Source of the DNA: Pocillopora damicornis
Taxonomy: Eukaryota
DNA: 64,000 nucleotides
Assembly: GCF_003704095.1 (NCBI RefSeq)
Contig: NW_020845558.1
Coordinates: 806,001-870,000 of the forward strand
Direction: 5' to 3'
The translations under genes and the position numbers were made by a program. Positions 1-12,879 of the stretch are shown here, piece after piece; positions within the stretch are counted from its first letter, which is position 1; each line of letters begins with the position of its first letter. The notes beneath the pieces were generated by a model that saw nothing but the letters and a program-made list of their open reading frames with translations, searched no databases and had not been told where the DNA came from.

Positions 1-3000
1 CAGACTGAAAGCCGAGTGAAACTTTACACAGAGCGGAAATTTAATTGCATACATAAAATAGAGTTTACGCACTCTATTTTTATCCGAACACGGGAAGCTT
101 AGTTAAGTGATATCATAAATACCGTCTAGTGCCAACTGATTACCTAAGCCAATAATTGGATCAGCTGTCTGTCGTCGCGACCAGAGCTAAGTTATGCTCG
201 ATCCGAAACTTCACCAGTAAACAATCAGCCTTTTACCCATAACGCGACCAACTTACTTACATCTGCGAAGTACACGCTGTACACTCATTAAGAATTTTTT
301 TATACAGGTATTCAAAATTACATTGGTCAACAAATTCCTTATTATCCAGTTATTTTCTTTTCCCTCTTGCGAGTTATGAACGACCTTCTAACGTACTAGG
401 ATTTGATTACGTATTCGACAAACCAATTAAATATGCTTTACACATTAATATCTTTTAAACGATAAAAAAAGCCACGTGAACAATTTCAAAAATTGCTTTT
501 TGAGCCTTTTTAAACTAGCAAGGACAATAGATAACTTTTAGAGACTTCATAGTCTTGGCTAACCAGAAAACGTTCCCCACCCCCTCCCCACCAAGGTTCA
601 TTAGACCTACTTTGGAAAAAATGCACATCATTTCTATTCAATAGAAATTTTACATTCTTTTGAAAAAATTCATTGTTTACATTCTTGAATCTTGACCTTA
701 TTTAGGGAGAGCACGGCAAAAGAGGAAATGCAAAACGAGTCGAAAAGTAAATTGCAATTTTAGATTTGCATCTCACGGAGGAATATGATCGTTCATATTT
801 TGCATACATAGAATAATTCGCCAGTTCAGCTGATCTGCTGTTATCAGCTTAGAGTATTTGAAACATCTAATTATAGCTGCATATTTTATTCGAACTGAGA
901 GATTTCCGTTTGCGATCAATGCTGTCTTTGGTGAGTTTTCTTTCCAAATACAGATGCGTTAAACTGTGTTATTTCAAAGCGTTTATTGCTCGAGGCTACG
1001 ACACGCTATATTTGGATGATTTCACCTTGTGCTCAACCCATACTTAACATCAGAAAGGGCTGCCAGTGAACATTCTAGAGGGATATGCAACTCTAGCCCA
1101 AAAATTTTTCATCATAACAATAAATAAAGCAGCCTCTTCGCTAAATTCTTCGAAACTGCCGCAAAAATTTGCTGAACCAACTTTAAAAATCCTAAAAAGT
1201 AGAAATATGAACTAAAAACATTTTACACTCGGCAGAAATCCATTAAAAATAACAGGGACTGGGAGATTCTAAGAGTAAAGTCCAGTGAAAAACTACAGCT
1301 ATACAAATTGACCTTAAGGTTTGTGATAACTTATCCAGCCGCTCGATCTTCCGTTTATAAATTTATCCTGGGTTCGTCATTAGCATTTCCCACTTCTTTG
1401 TTTGCTTTTTTGTTTGAATTTTTATCTCGTTTGTTGGTGTATATCGTTTGAGGAAATGGTATTTATAATTCTGTTTATTTTCCTTTTTGCGGCTTATTAG
1501 TATGATTAGAAACCTTAAATGAAAAAGATAGCGTGACTATTGCCATTTCACTGCATTTCATTGGATTTTGCGTAGGTAACTCAAAATATTAATGAAAACT
1601 ATTTTTATTTTTTTATTGAAATAAAAGCTAAACGGCGGAGGGTTGACATTTAATTTTACCTCATCGTCTGATGTTGTTTCAAAACTGCAACCTCATTACG
1701 TAACCAAATACTTCTGAACTACAACATACAAATCATGTCTGGTATGCCATTTCTTAAACATGTAGCGGCAATCAACTGGAATAAAAGAATGACGTCCCTT
1801 TCATTTCTTCCTGAACATCACAATAAATAGTGATTTTCACGTACGATTTTTCCTTTTACGAACACTCAATTATGGCGCAGAATGAATGAATGAATGAAGA
1901 CCTCTTTTAAGGAACAACTAAGGCTTGTTCAGTTTGGAAATTAAGTTTTTCCCGAATATTCCGGAATCACAAATCCCACGAAGTGAAATCAGATCTATGA
2001 AGTACATTGATCCTTTGGTTTTGAGCGAGTGAAAACATATGGTTTGTCATCATTGATCTGTTCGCTGCACAAGAGGCTGATTATTATTCTGTTCTACTCC
2101 TTTCTTTGGGCGAGTTTCGCTTAACGAAACTCAAGATTGAATGAGTAGCCCGATTGAGTTGCGCCCTTCGTGTGTTTAAAATGAAATTTTATTCATTCAT
2201 CAGGAATAATTGAGTTCCAAAAAGTCATCTTTCAGATAATTGATAAATTCCCGCTAATGCACTATTTATACCCTCAAAATCTAAACACTGCACAATTTAA
2301 TCTCACTACGAGGTAAATTTCGAGCCAGATAGAACTGAACAATCAACCACACATTTCCTCATAATATTACTAAAAACAAATCAATTTATCGCCAAAATTT
2401 CTACTTTTTTCGGTTAAACATCTCCAGCTTGGTCAAATATAGCAAAACTGAACCTAATGGATTGCACCCTAAAGGCTCCGCTGTCTTGTGAGAAGGCAAT
2501 ATAAGCAGTACTGATTATATAATGAAATATCATGCATATAATAAAGACTAAGTGCAAATATAGAGGTTTTAAGAAGAGGCTAAGTAAAGCAGGCTAAGTG
2601 CAGAAACTGAACCAGTTTCCGGCGCTTGAAGGGAAATCTCCGTATCATTAACCTGAGATAAAAAGAACTATTAGCTACTGACTTCTATAGCGTTCTTTAG
2701 CAAGCAGGAAGGAGGATGCTGTCAATCGTTTTCTTCTCCTCAAATACTACATTAACCTGAAAAAAACAAAACAAAACAAACAAACAAACGAATGAAAAAA
2801 ATACAAATAAAATATCAAAATCTACCTAATCCAGAAGACATTTTAGGTCAAGCGTTTAGATGTACTGCTCATTTATCGACAATATCCGAGCGTCTTGACT
2901 CGTGAGCCTATCGTGATTTTTTGAGAGACTAAGAGGGTGGAGAAAAACGACTAAAATTTTTTTAATTACACCGGATGCCATTCAAACTCAGCATATCTAG

Positions 3001-4197
3001 CGAGGCTATAATAAATCTAATGGCAACGCGACCATCTGTTTCTGAGTCAAGTTTGGTTCAATTGTCTTGTTAATCAGTCCTGTCAATTCACGACAAAGAG
3101 CCACCTGAACAAAAGGGTTAAATGTCATCCGTTTATCACTAGCAAAACCGAAATTTCAACGCGACGTATTTGAATTTGTTCAGTCCACTGAGTTCAATTA
3201 AAGATCGCTGAAGCGTATATCGATTGTCGTCAAGTTCTGCCGGTGGTGTAGTGAAACACTTTTTTGGGAGAGCAGCGGCCATCGATACTTGGCTTCAAGA
3301 AAATTCAATAACCTTTGTCTGGGATCTTAAGCCACTGGCACTTGGAGCATGTCACGATTTCCTGAGTCGAACTGCTCGTACCTCATCAAGTGGTCGTATA
3401 ACTGAGCTAATTAGAAGCGCAAGGGAAATAGGGAGAACATCAGACCAGTTACAGTTTCTATCAGTGTCTTTGATTTAGAAAACCCCCGTCTTGAAAGTGG
3501 GGCAGCGGTTATGAACTCAGAGACAATAAACAAGTGCCTTTAGTTTCGAGGATAGTAAAACAGGTTCTCTTTGTGGTGTAGTCTGTCATAAAAAAATATA
3601 AAATTACCGAGGAAAAAAGAGAAGTCGATTCATTATGCAGAATAAATAATTGACAATGTTCGGGTTAGGGGCGTCTGCAGTTAAAAGCGAATAAACCAAT
3701 TTGGAAACACTTTTTCTTTGAGTTGAAATAAAGTTTTTTTTGTTGTTTAGCACAGTATTATAGTCTCGAGTATGCCTAATCTTGATATAATGGGGTGTGT
3801 TTCACCTCAGCCAATCAAAATTCAGAGTTTTCCTAAAATATGCGAGGAACGACGTGGTTTACTAATTATTTTTGTATCAACACAATTCAACCAAACAGTG
3901 TACAGAGAAACTTGCATTTGATCAGGTGCTAAATTTGTAACTTGTGGTTCCAAGAAGCCATTAATTGATCCTCTTTTCCAAAAATTATAAAGGAAAATAC
4001 TTTGCGAGATTAAGTATGATTTGAAGACCTTTGCGTTAAAGAAAACATTCTTCGAATTCTATCCCCGTGTTTGGGCATCGAACCACGCGAGCTTCGAATT
4101 CTTCTTGAACAAACGCGTGACGAAAGGAAATGTCATTGACCCCCCTCTAGGAAGAAATTGCTCAAGTCTTTTGTGGGCGCGCCAGGCATAGTTGTGT

Positions 4198-4212
4198 CAT
4201 TCCTCGCATTCT
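4198..4212 (+). promoter_or_regulatory. Tandem TEAD (MCAT) double site CATTCC-tcg-CATTCT upstream of TEAD
   Basis: Matches the cooperative TEAD/Sd double motif with a 3-bp spacer. There is another CATTCC at 4290-4295 and GGAATG at 4977 and 5476 in intron 1. Confidence 0.5.
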
Positions 4213-4584
4213 TTGTTAGCCTCCGTTTTCACTCAAGTAAAGGGCAAGTTGCTAATTCCAGGTGATTTTTCGAAGGACGACGTTACTATCATTCCTCTTG
4301 TATTTTGAAGAATTCTGTGTGGTTAGGTACGTTTCACGAAACTTTGAATGGTTTTAAATCATCCGATAGATTTTCCCCCTTCGAATGTTCGATCGGCCTG
4401 TTGAATCGTTCGAATTTTTTTCATTTTTCCAGACTTGTGCTTCCGGAACGACTGATCAAGCCATCAGTTAGAAGTCTACTGGGTCAGAATAAACAGTATT
4501 TGGAGATTCCCTCCAGCTAAGATCAATTTTTTACTCAGTGTTTCCAACAAAACCGCCAAGATTTCGGACCACGAGGACCTCGAA

Positions 4585-7500
4585 ATGACTAACTCGGCCG
4601 ACGAGGGCAGCGCGACCAAAAGCCCCGTCGACATGGCCAATGATGCCGAAGGAGTATGGTCGCCAGATATCGAGCAGTCCTTTCAGGAGGCTCTGGCAAT
4701 TTACCCTCCTTGTGGGCGGCGAAAAATTATTCTCTCTGATGAAGGCAAAATGTACGGTGAGTGGCGCATTCTTGTCTTCGAATTTGTTTAATTCGTCAAG
4801 CGTCGATTGTTTGAATATTGCTCAACCCGGAAACCTAAACTATGGTCACTAACGAAGTTGCTTGCTCCTTTCGCATAACTCACTTACTTTGAAACTATTT
4901 CTAAAATGAGAAACGGCTGGCTTGTTAAGAATAGAGAGAATGTTGACACTACATACCGCGCTTTCCACGAAGGCATGGAATGGGCAGTCGAGTTGTTTAT
5001 ATCAACTGAACAACGCGATCTCTTGTTGTAATCACTACATATTATTGGCATTCAGCACTCACAGTTTAACACCGATCTCTCGTGGCAGCTGTCCAGCTAG
5101 AGTTCATGAAAATGTTAGCATACTTGTAGGCTTCTTGGCGGTTTTCGCTGAGCAACTAAAAATTCAGCTCCAATGATAAGATGTCACGAACGCTAAGCGT
5201 ACGCAGCTACGCGTGTTCAATTGTTTGAAATATGCTTGCTATGTAACTCGCAGTTTTACATTAACCCCTTACCACAGCGGTTGCATGATCAGTATAACTC
5301 ATCAGTTTTGCTTAATTTGTGTTTTGGAAGACCAACTTGTCAATTTTGTGGGCGATTAAAAGAAGAAGATCATTTTGATCGCCTCAGTTATTTTGTCTCT
5401 CAGAACCGTTGAGATCTCAGGCATAGCATGTGTTTTACATTGCGTTTGTAACAAAGGATCACGAATTATTTTGTTGGAATGCATGTTTAGTTTATTGAGT
5501 GTAAAAGATGGCGAACATTAAATTTTAAAAAACTCAGCTTTTTTCTAACTTTTATGTGTTGTGGAACAAAGACCTCGTCATATTTGTATCTGATTAGTAT
5601 GCCACATGGATAATATTAAGCAACTTGAATAGAATATAATGAAATGCTATGCTGAAAAAAATACGCTACACTGAAACTTAATTTATGAAATGTGCTTTGG
5701 TAATGTCACCCACACTTTTCCTTTTCCTGTAATCTGCATTAAGTCCTTAATGCTTTGTTTCCTTCAAATTCAGTTCAAAATACAGATGAAGTTCATTATA
5801 ATTTTGTATTTTCTTGGCAATATAGTCCTTTCCCCCAGCCACAGTTTAGGCAGTTTTAGTCCTTCATGGGTGATGAAGAAATTTTTGTTCATTGAAAAAA
5901 TATACTTTTCCAATTTTAAAGACCAAGAGTTAAAACAACTGATTTTGTTCTGTTATGTTGAATTTTGAACAAAATTCACACTTTACTTAATTATTATTTT
6001 CATAATTATTGTGCAATTCAAGGAAAGATAATGCCTCTTCAACAAAAGTGTGGGTGGTACAAGTACATGCATACTAAGATCTTACTCTGAAAGTGTTTTG
6101 GCTGATACACCAAGGTAGTAATTTAGAAATCACTGATAATATGAGGAATGGGTGCCAAGTCTCCTAATATACAGCTAACCCTAAAGACTTCTCAAATATT
6201 GATTTAAATTTAAGGCAGTGCGACCACACTAATTTTCCTTTTAATTAAGGATGAGCTAAAGAAACATTGATTGATAATGAGTCTTCCCTATATAATCTAA
6301 ATTAAGCGCCTGTCTTCCTAAATTGTAGAATTCAAGTTAGAGCTCTTTTCTGTTTTTGAATGCAGGCCGTAATGAGTTGATTGCTCGATACATCAAGCTG
6401 AGAACTGGAAAAACAAGAACAAGGAAACAGGTAACTATGTTAAATCTAGGAGTTACAATCAAGATAGTGTTTCGACTCTCAAAGTGGGGAATGAATCTAT
6501 TAATAAGAATATTGACAAATTTCTTAAACTGAAGTTATATTTTTCTCTTTGACTTCAACTTGGCTGGTTCACATCAGTAATAGTAACTTTTCAAAACGTT
6601 TTTCTCCATCAGCCAGTTTTCCTTTTGCATGCACCTGTATCTAGTGATACTGTGAGAAATTCAGAAGAAGGGATACCTCTTGCAGCTTGACTGTTCCATT
6701 TTTTTTTTTGTGGTGCCAATTATGATATTCTTTTTTATGGAAAAAAAAAATTAATGAAAGCTATGATCCCGAAAAAGAGGCTTTTTTTTATCTAGCACCA
6801 GACAAAAGTTCTGATTGGTTCAGGCGGCAATATTTTCAAGCTGGGTGCTTACTGGGTGAAGTTGAGATTTTTCAAATTTTTTTCTTACATAGGTTTCCAG
6901 TCACATTCAAGTGTTAGCAAGGAAAAAGGCAAGGGAGATTCAAGGCAAACTTAAGGTTAGTTACACTGCTTATTTTTTTTTATTTGTGTTTGATAGGTTT
7001 CAAGTCACATTCAGGTGTTAGCAAGGAGAAAACCAAGAGAAGTGCATGCAAAAATTAAGGTTTGTACATAAGTGTATACTGTAGGTGTAAGATTATAACA
7101 CTTAGAGTAACAATTACAAAGAATTACAAGTCAGCAATTACAGTTGTTGAAAACCAAAAGTTGCTTTCGAGCATCCTGTTATAAAGTAACAAAGGACCAG
7201 TTGACCTCAGCACCTGAAGTAGAATAGTACTGTTTGGTTGAAACCTTAGAATCAAAATAAAGTGATTGATTCCGAAGATAAATGGTGTTATTGTATTATT
7301 AGCCATAATAGTATTTCACCATAGGAAATAACCTCAACCTTTCTAAGCTTTTGTATTTCATCTTATCGTTATTGCTTTCCTAATCTCAAACTTTTTTTCA
7401 ATGGTATTTCTAGCTTTCGGAGTTAATTCCAAGATTAATGATTTTTTTATCAATGTCAAATGTAGGACCAGGCTGCGCGAGACAAAGCTCTTCAGACTAT

Positions 7501-10500
7501 GGCTTCAATGTCATCGGCACAAATTGTGTCAGCCTCTGTACTTCACAGCAAGGCTCTGGCGGCAGCTGGAATGCCTGCATTTAACAATGAAAGCCAAGGA
7601 TACCAAGTATGTCCAGTACAATTATAATTAATAGATATCTCAAAACTTTTCACACTACATGTTTCTAAAACTTAACTCTTCAAATTGTATAGTTATCTGT
7701 TGCATGGTCTTTAAGGTCATCAGATAAACCAGCTTAAGTTGAAAATTTTGAATTACTATTTTTTTTCTCAGACTGACCCTTTCGGAAAAGCTAGGTCAAG
7801 ATTTAGTATTTACGAACACTCTGATTAGAGTGCTCTTTGCTCTCTTAAATCAATTAAGGTTACCGGTATTTGGAAGATTGAAAAATTTACTGGGAGTGTT
7901 TTCGGGGAACTGGAAGAGGTCTTTCTGAAATAACTTCATCCTTTTAAATCTTAAAGTAGATTCTTGGGCCATTCCTTTTTCCGGTCAAAATACATGTTTT
8001 TTGTTTATTTTAGCAACAATACTGGCCATCTAGCGCAGGGCAGCCAGTGCCAGGCAGTTATAACAATGCCTCACAAGCTCCATATGGCAGTCCAGGAGTC
8101 CAAGCCAGTGTACCCGGTAGTGTTGTGTCCACAGCTTCAGTTGCAAGCCCCACTGGAGCTGTTGTCAGTACTCCTGAAGACATGGTAAGTTTTCTGTACA
8201 ACGATTTTAACAGGATGGACTGAGATTTAAGGATGTCCGTTGATTGTTGTTTGCCAGGTTGAAGGTAAAACATGAAATTTTTTAAGGGCCGAGTGAGAGC
8301 AAGATGAAGGTTACATCCTATACTATCAACCCTTTACATCCTCACAGCAGTATATGTGTTTTCCATACTTTTATCTGGACATTTCCTATGGTAGTTACAA
8401 AGGGAATTTGTTCAACAATCAGGAGCTTCTTGAGATCATAGTCATTTCCTTTACTCTCATGAATTAAATGTTTGGTTCAGGGGTGTTACTGTCCAGACAA
8501 GTTACATGCTTTTCACCCTGTAAGAGTAGGATAATTTTAGATTCTATTCTTTCATTTTACTTTCTCATTCCATCCAGTACATTAAGAGTGGGATTTGATT
8601 GTCTTTATTTTTTTAATCTTTTTATTATTTTTTTTTTGCAGAGGAGTGTCACACACAGCAGAGGAACTGTATCCTCTACACCACCAACTTTTGCTGCACA
8701 TGGCAGCTCAACATGGCCTCAGAGATCTGTTGAACAGCAGCTAGTAAGTGCACCTATTATTACTGCAGCAGTGTTGTCTAAAGGTCGATTTACACTTTTA
8801 TTATAAGCAATGTTGGCCAATTACTATAAGTATATAATAAATGGTAGATATCCAAATAATAGTCTTAATATTCTTTGCTGTCCACCTCACACCTTCCACC
8901 TTTGCTGTCCACCTCACATCTAAACAGCAGTTTATCACAGTGTTGGTGGCTAGCTTGGTAAATATTCATCACCAAACACCTCCACTTTGGTGAATAGTTA
9001 TTAACTATTACTATTTGGATTTGACTTTCTAGGTCTTTCACATCATTTTTATATTTTGATATTCAAAAGTTGTTATGAAAACCCTTAATAACTAAACATC
9101 ATTATGCACACTTTCCATACTGTTCTCTATACATTCCAACTGGCACTGACCAGGTGAACTCATTCAACAATCAGGAACTGCTTGAGTTGCAGATCATTTC
9201 CTTTATTTTCATGTTCTGAGCATTTGACTCATTAATGATACTGTAAGGGGAATATAGATACTTGTATTAGTCACCAGTGAGAAAAAGAGGGAGAACCTTT
9301 TAGCTCCTCTAACTTTGTGACTTTCATGATTTTAGTTAACTTAATTTCGTTTGATTTTAGCCCCTGCGGCTGGTGGACTTCTCAGCATTTCTCGAACAAC
9401 AGCGAATGGAACCTGAGTCGGTAATTAGAATCTCCACCAGACACATGTTAAGCTATTAATTGCAAATTTAGGATATACACACAGCCCGTAGTGTGTTGCA
9501 TTGGATAGACTGCATTGTCCTTTACAAGTTAACAACTACACATACTTCAAAATCCTAAGTAACTGAAGAAATGTCCAGTAAGCAAGATAATGTGGCAGTG
9601 GAAACAAACAAAACAGCTTTCAAACATTGAAGTTTTGAACAAGTGTCAAGCTTGAATTTTAAACTAAATTCCTCTTCATTCCTTTCCTTTAGTACCACAA
9701 GCATTTGTTTGTTCACTTGGGACCAAACACAGATCTTGGTGACCCTCACCTTGAGGTAAAGCATTTAATTAGAATGCATGGATTGAATAAAATTTTATTG
9801 GTTGTTATTATACTGTGGAATCTCAATTATCCAGACTCATGGGGACTGGGCTGAATAATGTGCATAAATGAAATGGTCCCAAAATAAAACTGAATACATA
9901 TATTAAACCAATGTCAAACAAGAATGAAAGTACACTCTCAAATAACTGTGCATCATTGCCAATACTTGTTAAAGTATTTACAAAATCATTTTACAAGGAC
10001 TACATTTTATGACCTAGAATTCTTACATGTGCACCTTGCTAATTCTTCAATTCTTTGAAGCTGCATTATTGAAATTGTTTCAGTGCATCTACTTGGTTTG
10101 ATGGGAAAGAGTTGTTACAGATCTCATTTGTGAATGATTGACTTTCATGAAAAAATAGGACCAGAGAGGCAAGTCGGGATAATAAAAAAATCTGGATAAT
10201 TGAGATTCCACTGTAGTGGATTGCCAACAATTTCCAACATTATGAACTCTTAATTAGGGCTTGTTTGCACAAAAATATCTGTGGATGTGTGACCAAGCAG
10301 CTTTATCATGCAGTTTGTCTCAGCGGGGCAGTGAAAAAATTTCAACAAGTGGTAACATCGCTATTTTTTTCTTCTTTTGTTGAACTGAAGGCAGTCGACA
10401 TTCGCCAGATTTATGACAAGTTTCCTGAGAAGAAAGGAGGCCTTAAAGAGCTTTATGACAAGGGACCCCAAGCAGTATTTTTCTTGGTGAAATTTTGGGT

Positions 10501-12879
10501 AGGCAGGACTGTCATTATTATTTTTCTGTGTTATGAAGTATGATCCTGATGTTTCTTTGGTTGTTAGTTTTGGTTATAGACACACTTCTTGTTAACCCTC
10601 TAATCCTGAGAGTGACCAGCATGTAATTTCTCTTTACAGTAATACTGCTGAATTATTCTTTAACCCTTTAACTCCTAGATCAAGTTTGTTATTCTCCTTT
10701 CTGTCAACCATACAATTCTTCAGAGAATTTAGTATTGGATCAGCTAATTATCCCCAAATTGATTTTTTTCAATTCTCATCACTAATCTGGTTCACATGTT
10801 ATTGATATAGTAAGGAGAAATTCTGTCTTGGTCACTCATGGGAATTAAAGGGTTATTAAGATCATGAGAATAAACAAAAGGATTACCAACTTGAGAAGCT
10901 TTGATCATAAAATGAATTCTCCTTGTTTGTACCAGGAAAATGTAAGAGAAGAGTATGAAGAATATAGTTACTGATTTTAGGGTGTAAATTAAGGGTTTTT
11001 CTGATTTTCCTTCCTAGGCTGATCTGAATACAAACATACATGATGAAGCTGGAGCATTTTATGGCGTTTCAAGCACGTGAGTGTCTTATTTTTAAATTAC
11101 AGTACAATCATTTTATTGGATAAGTTTTTACACTCACTGAACTACCCATATTACTGTTTCAAATGAAGTTTGGCCATAGATTATTTGGTTTATACTTCAT
11201 TATATGCAAGAAATTGTACATAACCCTGTAAAGTGCCCTAACTCCTTTCCTTAAAATATAACGTGTGTGGGAAATTATTTATAAAAGTAATCCATAGAAA
11301 TCCTTACAAATTTATGGGGATAAATTTACACTGCCACTTGTCACTCAGCCACTTATTTGAACTTGACAGTTAACTAAGGTAAATTGTCACTAATGAAAAG
11401 CCTTTGCTTTTATTCTAGTTATGAGTCAAACGAAAATATGACCATCACATGTTCCACAAAAGTTTGTTCATTTGGCAAGCAAGTTGTGGAGAAAGTGGAG
11501 GTGAGACAAAATGCAAAAGTAATCAATGAAATATCAATCAAAGTCTACTGATCTTGCAAGTTAGAAATTACAATTAGTGGTGAGAATATTGGTGACTGAT
11601 TTAGCCCATTCATGTAGATATTGTGCTGAGTTTCTCTTGGCATTTCAGAGACCCATCATACTAGTAAACAGATATTTTGGACGGCGACCCCATCTTTCCT
11701 CTTTTTTAGTTACATATATGTACTTTGGGTTTAGCAACCAAAATTGAGCTGTGTATACATGTACTTTCTAACATGAATGTGGACTTTTTTTTTCTCCTTT
11801 CTTTCAGACTGAATTTGGCCACTTCGAAAACAGTCGGTTTGTTTACCGCATTCACAGGTCCCCAATGTGCGAATACATGATCAATTTTGTTCACAAACTT
11901 AAACAGTTGCCTGAAAAGTACATGATGAACAGTGTGTTGGAGAACTTCACGATTCTTCAAGTAAGTTAAAGTGTCACAAGGGAACTGATGTCAGTGGGCT
12001 TAAGTGAATATATACTTTGTACAACTTTTCATACCACAACAATGAAATTGTCTGTAGTACCTCTGTAGTGTAAGTTGCAAGATTGTGCTACATTGCATGA
12101 TGTCAATTGTGGCATGTAAGCATTCCACTTTAGTTCTCAGGCTCTTTCCAAGCCAGTACAGTCTTTTTGTATTGTCCAACTTGTTTAGTTGAGTGGACAG
12201 GCTGAGTTTGCAGTTACTGTGGTGAATATGAGGATGCAAATTTGAAACGAAACCAAAACTTTTAACCATTTTGACCCTTAAGATTGCCAAGCATCTATTT
12301 TCTCCTTACATTATTATTCCTGAATCACATAAAGATCATAAGAATAAGGGAAATGATTACTAACTAATAAAGCACCAGGTAATTAATCAAATTCTGCTTG
12401 CTAGAATATGCATACTGATGTTAGGGTGTAAACTCTTTACACCTTAACATCAGTATGCATATTCTCTCTGTTCTCTGCCCATGTCTTGGTTCCGAAAAGG
12501 AGAATTTGTTTAACAATCAAGAGCTTCTTTAGTTGTAGATCATGTCCCATATTCTCATGACCTTAATGTTTTATTCAGGGGTGATCTTGGAAGGAGAAAT
12601 TTCATGCCAGTCACTCTTAGGGATTAAAGGGTAAAGGTAATCAACAAATGGCTGTCAGGATACAGCCCTTATAGCCAACTTGCTAATTTTTTAGACTTGC
12701 TTATAGGGTGTTGGTAAGCTGCTAACAATTCAGCCATATTTAATTTATTTATCATTCATTTGTAGGTATTATCAAACAGGGAGACACAAGAAACCTTACT
12801 CTGCCTTGCCTATGTGTTTGAAGTATCAACTAGCGAACATGGAGCTCAGCATCATATTTACCGACTAGTTAAAGACTAA
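4585..12879 (+). CDS. TEAD: TEAD/scalloped transcription factor (TEA DNA-binding domain + YAP-binding domain), ~450 aa
   Basis: Hand-spliced GT-AG exons with consistent phases: 4585-4756, 6366-6430, [6893-6955 or 6997-7059], 7466-7606, 8014-8184, 8642-8743, 9361-9420, 9693-9755, 10391-10498, 11018-11076, 11419-11500, 11808-11960, 12766-12879. Hallmark TEAD sequences: [103 protein letters not shown] (palmitoylated Cys) and HHIYRLVKD*. Confidence 0.97.
6893..6955 (+). other. TEAD alternative exon 3a ([21 protein letters not shown])
   Basis: 63-nt phase 0/0 exon, preceded by ttcttacatag and followed by gttagt. Confidence 0.9.
6997..7059 (+). other. TEAD alternative exon 3b ([21 protein letters not shown])
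   Basis: 63-nt phase 0/0 paralogue of exon 3a, preceded by a poly-T tract and gatag and followed by gtttgt. The first 10 codons encode identical residues with synonymous changes. Confidence 0.88.
9813..10213. mobile_element. Tc1/mariner-pogo-type MITE in a TEAD intron
   Basis: 23-bp terminal inverted repeats (ctgtggaatctcaattatccaga / tctggataattgagattccactg, 1 mismatch), flanked by TA on both sides; no ORF. Confidence 0.85.
10592..10997. mobile_element. Nested TTAA-type MITEs (inner element ~10660-10855 inside an outer element)
   Basis: The outer element starts ttaaccctc and is interrupted at a TTAA by a related element with ttaacccttta...taaagggtta ends. It then resumes (ttaagatcatgagaat) in register with the other copies in the window. 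Confidence 0.7.
12270..12634. mobile_element. Two back-to-back copies of the ~200-bp TTAA-type MITE
   Basis: Reverse copy ~12270-12432 and forward copy ~12436-12634, both similar to 53675-53886. The junction forms a 30-bp inverted repeat. Confidence 0.75.

Noticed and set aside
1-4100. Coding genes upstream of TEAD (e.g. ORF 3224-3478)
   Set aside because: Non-ATG start, no recognisable protein and no consistent exon chain; treated as intergenic or regulatory.
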